This document shows positions 1 to 64,000 of a stretch of 64,000 nucleotides of DNA, one piece after another. The notes beneath the pieces were generated by a model. The model was given only the letters and a program-made list of their open reading frames with translations. It ran no database searches and was not told where the DNA came from. The position numbers and the translations under genes were made by a program. Source of the stretch: Octopus sinensis (Eukaryota); NCBI RefSeq assembly GCF_006345805.1, contig NC_043003.1:71238001-71302000 (forward strand). The letters run 5' to 3'. Numbering within the stretch: the stretch's first letter is position 1; the number at the start of each line of letters is the position of its first letter.

Positions 1-721
1 TGTAATATAGAATCTAGCACGTTGGAAAGCTTTATAATAATATCAACATTACAATGCATGGAAGAGTGCAGAAGCCTGCGTCTGTGAGGGCAATATAAAA
101 AACTGCATAATATATGTATTCAGAAAAACACACACAAATACACACACTGAAAAATAGGCATACACACACACACAAACACACATACACGCACACCACATCC
201 ACATTTTATACTTACAATGTAAGCATATATCACTTCCAACACATTCTATAATCTGCAATATATTCGCTTTCAATACATTCTATATTTACGATGTGAGGAC
301 ATGTCAGCAGCACTTAATGGAACAGAGACATCATCGTCCTGTAATTCCCGCTTTGGCTTCATCTTCCCATTAGTATAAAAACCTTTGTCAAAGTGATGGT
401 TTTGTGGAAAAATATTCACGTGTAACTTTTCGTTGAACACACGAATTCTATCCGTGTATGCATGTGTGAATGTGTTTGTGTGTGAGTGTATTTAACCTTA
501 TTTATGTTTGTTTGGATTTGATTGTGAGTTTCCGTGCGTTTCGGTGTGTGTTTCTGCCTGCTTCTATTTGTTTGTGTATGATCCTGTATGTGAGATTATT
601 GGCAAACGGATGTTTTTGCTTGTGTTTTTTACTCTTTGGTATTGTGTGCATGACATCACTAAAGACATATACAGAAATTATTTGCAAGTTTGTTTATTGC
701 GTTGTTAAAATACTCTGTCAG

Positions 722-63654
<62,933 letters not shown>

Positions 63655-64000
63655 GTTAGTTTATTATAATTCACTTAGAAAATGCACTGAATAATTTGTG
63701 CAAAGCTTTTGTATGTCTGAGTAAAAAGAGAAATAAGTATTGGTGTTGTGGTTTCTGTTACTTTCAAATAATATATTGCAATGAAACAATATATGAGTAT
63801 TGATACTTCAATGAAGATGCTGACGGTTAATTATATTTACTGGAGGTTAATGGATAAAAAGACATGTTAATGGAATGCATCTGGGAGCATGACTATTCGA
63901 TGTGTTTACATTTGCATCCCATTGCATGTAATGAGAGAATGAGATTGTTTTGATTGTAACTATTTGGAGAATATAAGTACTGTCCACTTAAGAATAAATA

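Overview
AT-rich, microsatellite- and SINE-dense animal DNA. The tRNA-derived SINEs resemble those I recall from Octopus, but this assignment is inferred. The whole window lies inside one very large + strand gene whose start and stop are outside it. By reading splice sites I find 57 intact paralogous exons (45 x 174 nt, 10 x 177, 1 x 171, 1 x 168). All are AG/GT-bounded, phase 1-1 and stop-free, and each encodes one ~58-aa module with a three-helix pattern: SPxxLRxxLxxA-xxxKDKxxLxxxIxECxxAG(M/Y)PEL-xxDIxxARxxLxxL-GGGRG. There is also one pseudo-exon and one unique 159-nt linker exon, giving ~3,370 aa if all are spliced in. The exons follow a 4-exon super-repeat (A-B-C-D). The first ~9.4 kb is four near-identical ~2,234-bp copies of it; the rest is anciently diverged. 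49 of 57 donors have a pyrimidine at +3, and 31 read G|GTTAG or G|GTTAA, so an unspliced donor puts an in-frame stop exactly at the module end (often ...GGGRGG*). Introns hold SINEs, mariner relics and MITEs, an RTE-like fragment, a decayed Penelope-like element and several minimal hammerhead-ribozyme-like motifs. Most ORF-track entries are microsatellite noise or exons extended into introns. Coordinates were counted by hand and may be off by a few bases; repeat boundaries are approximate.
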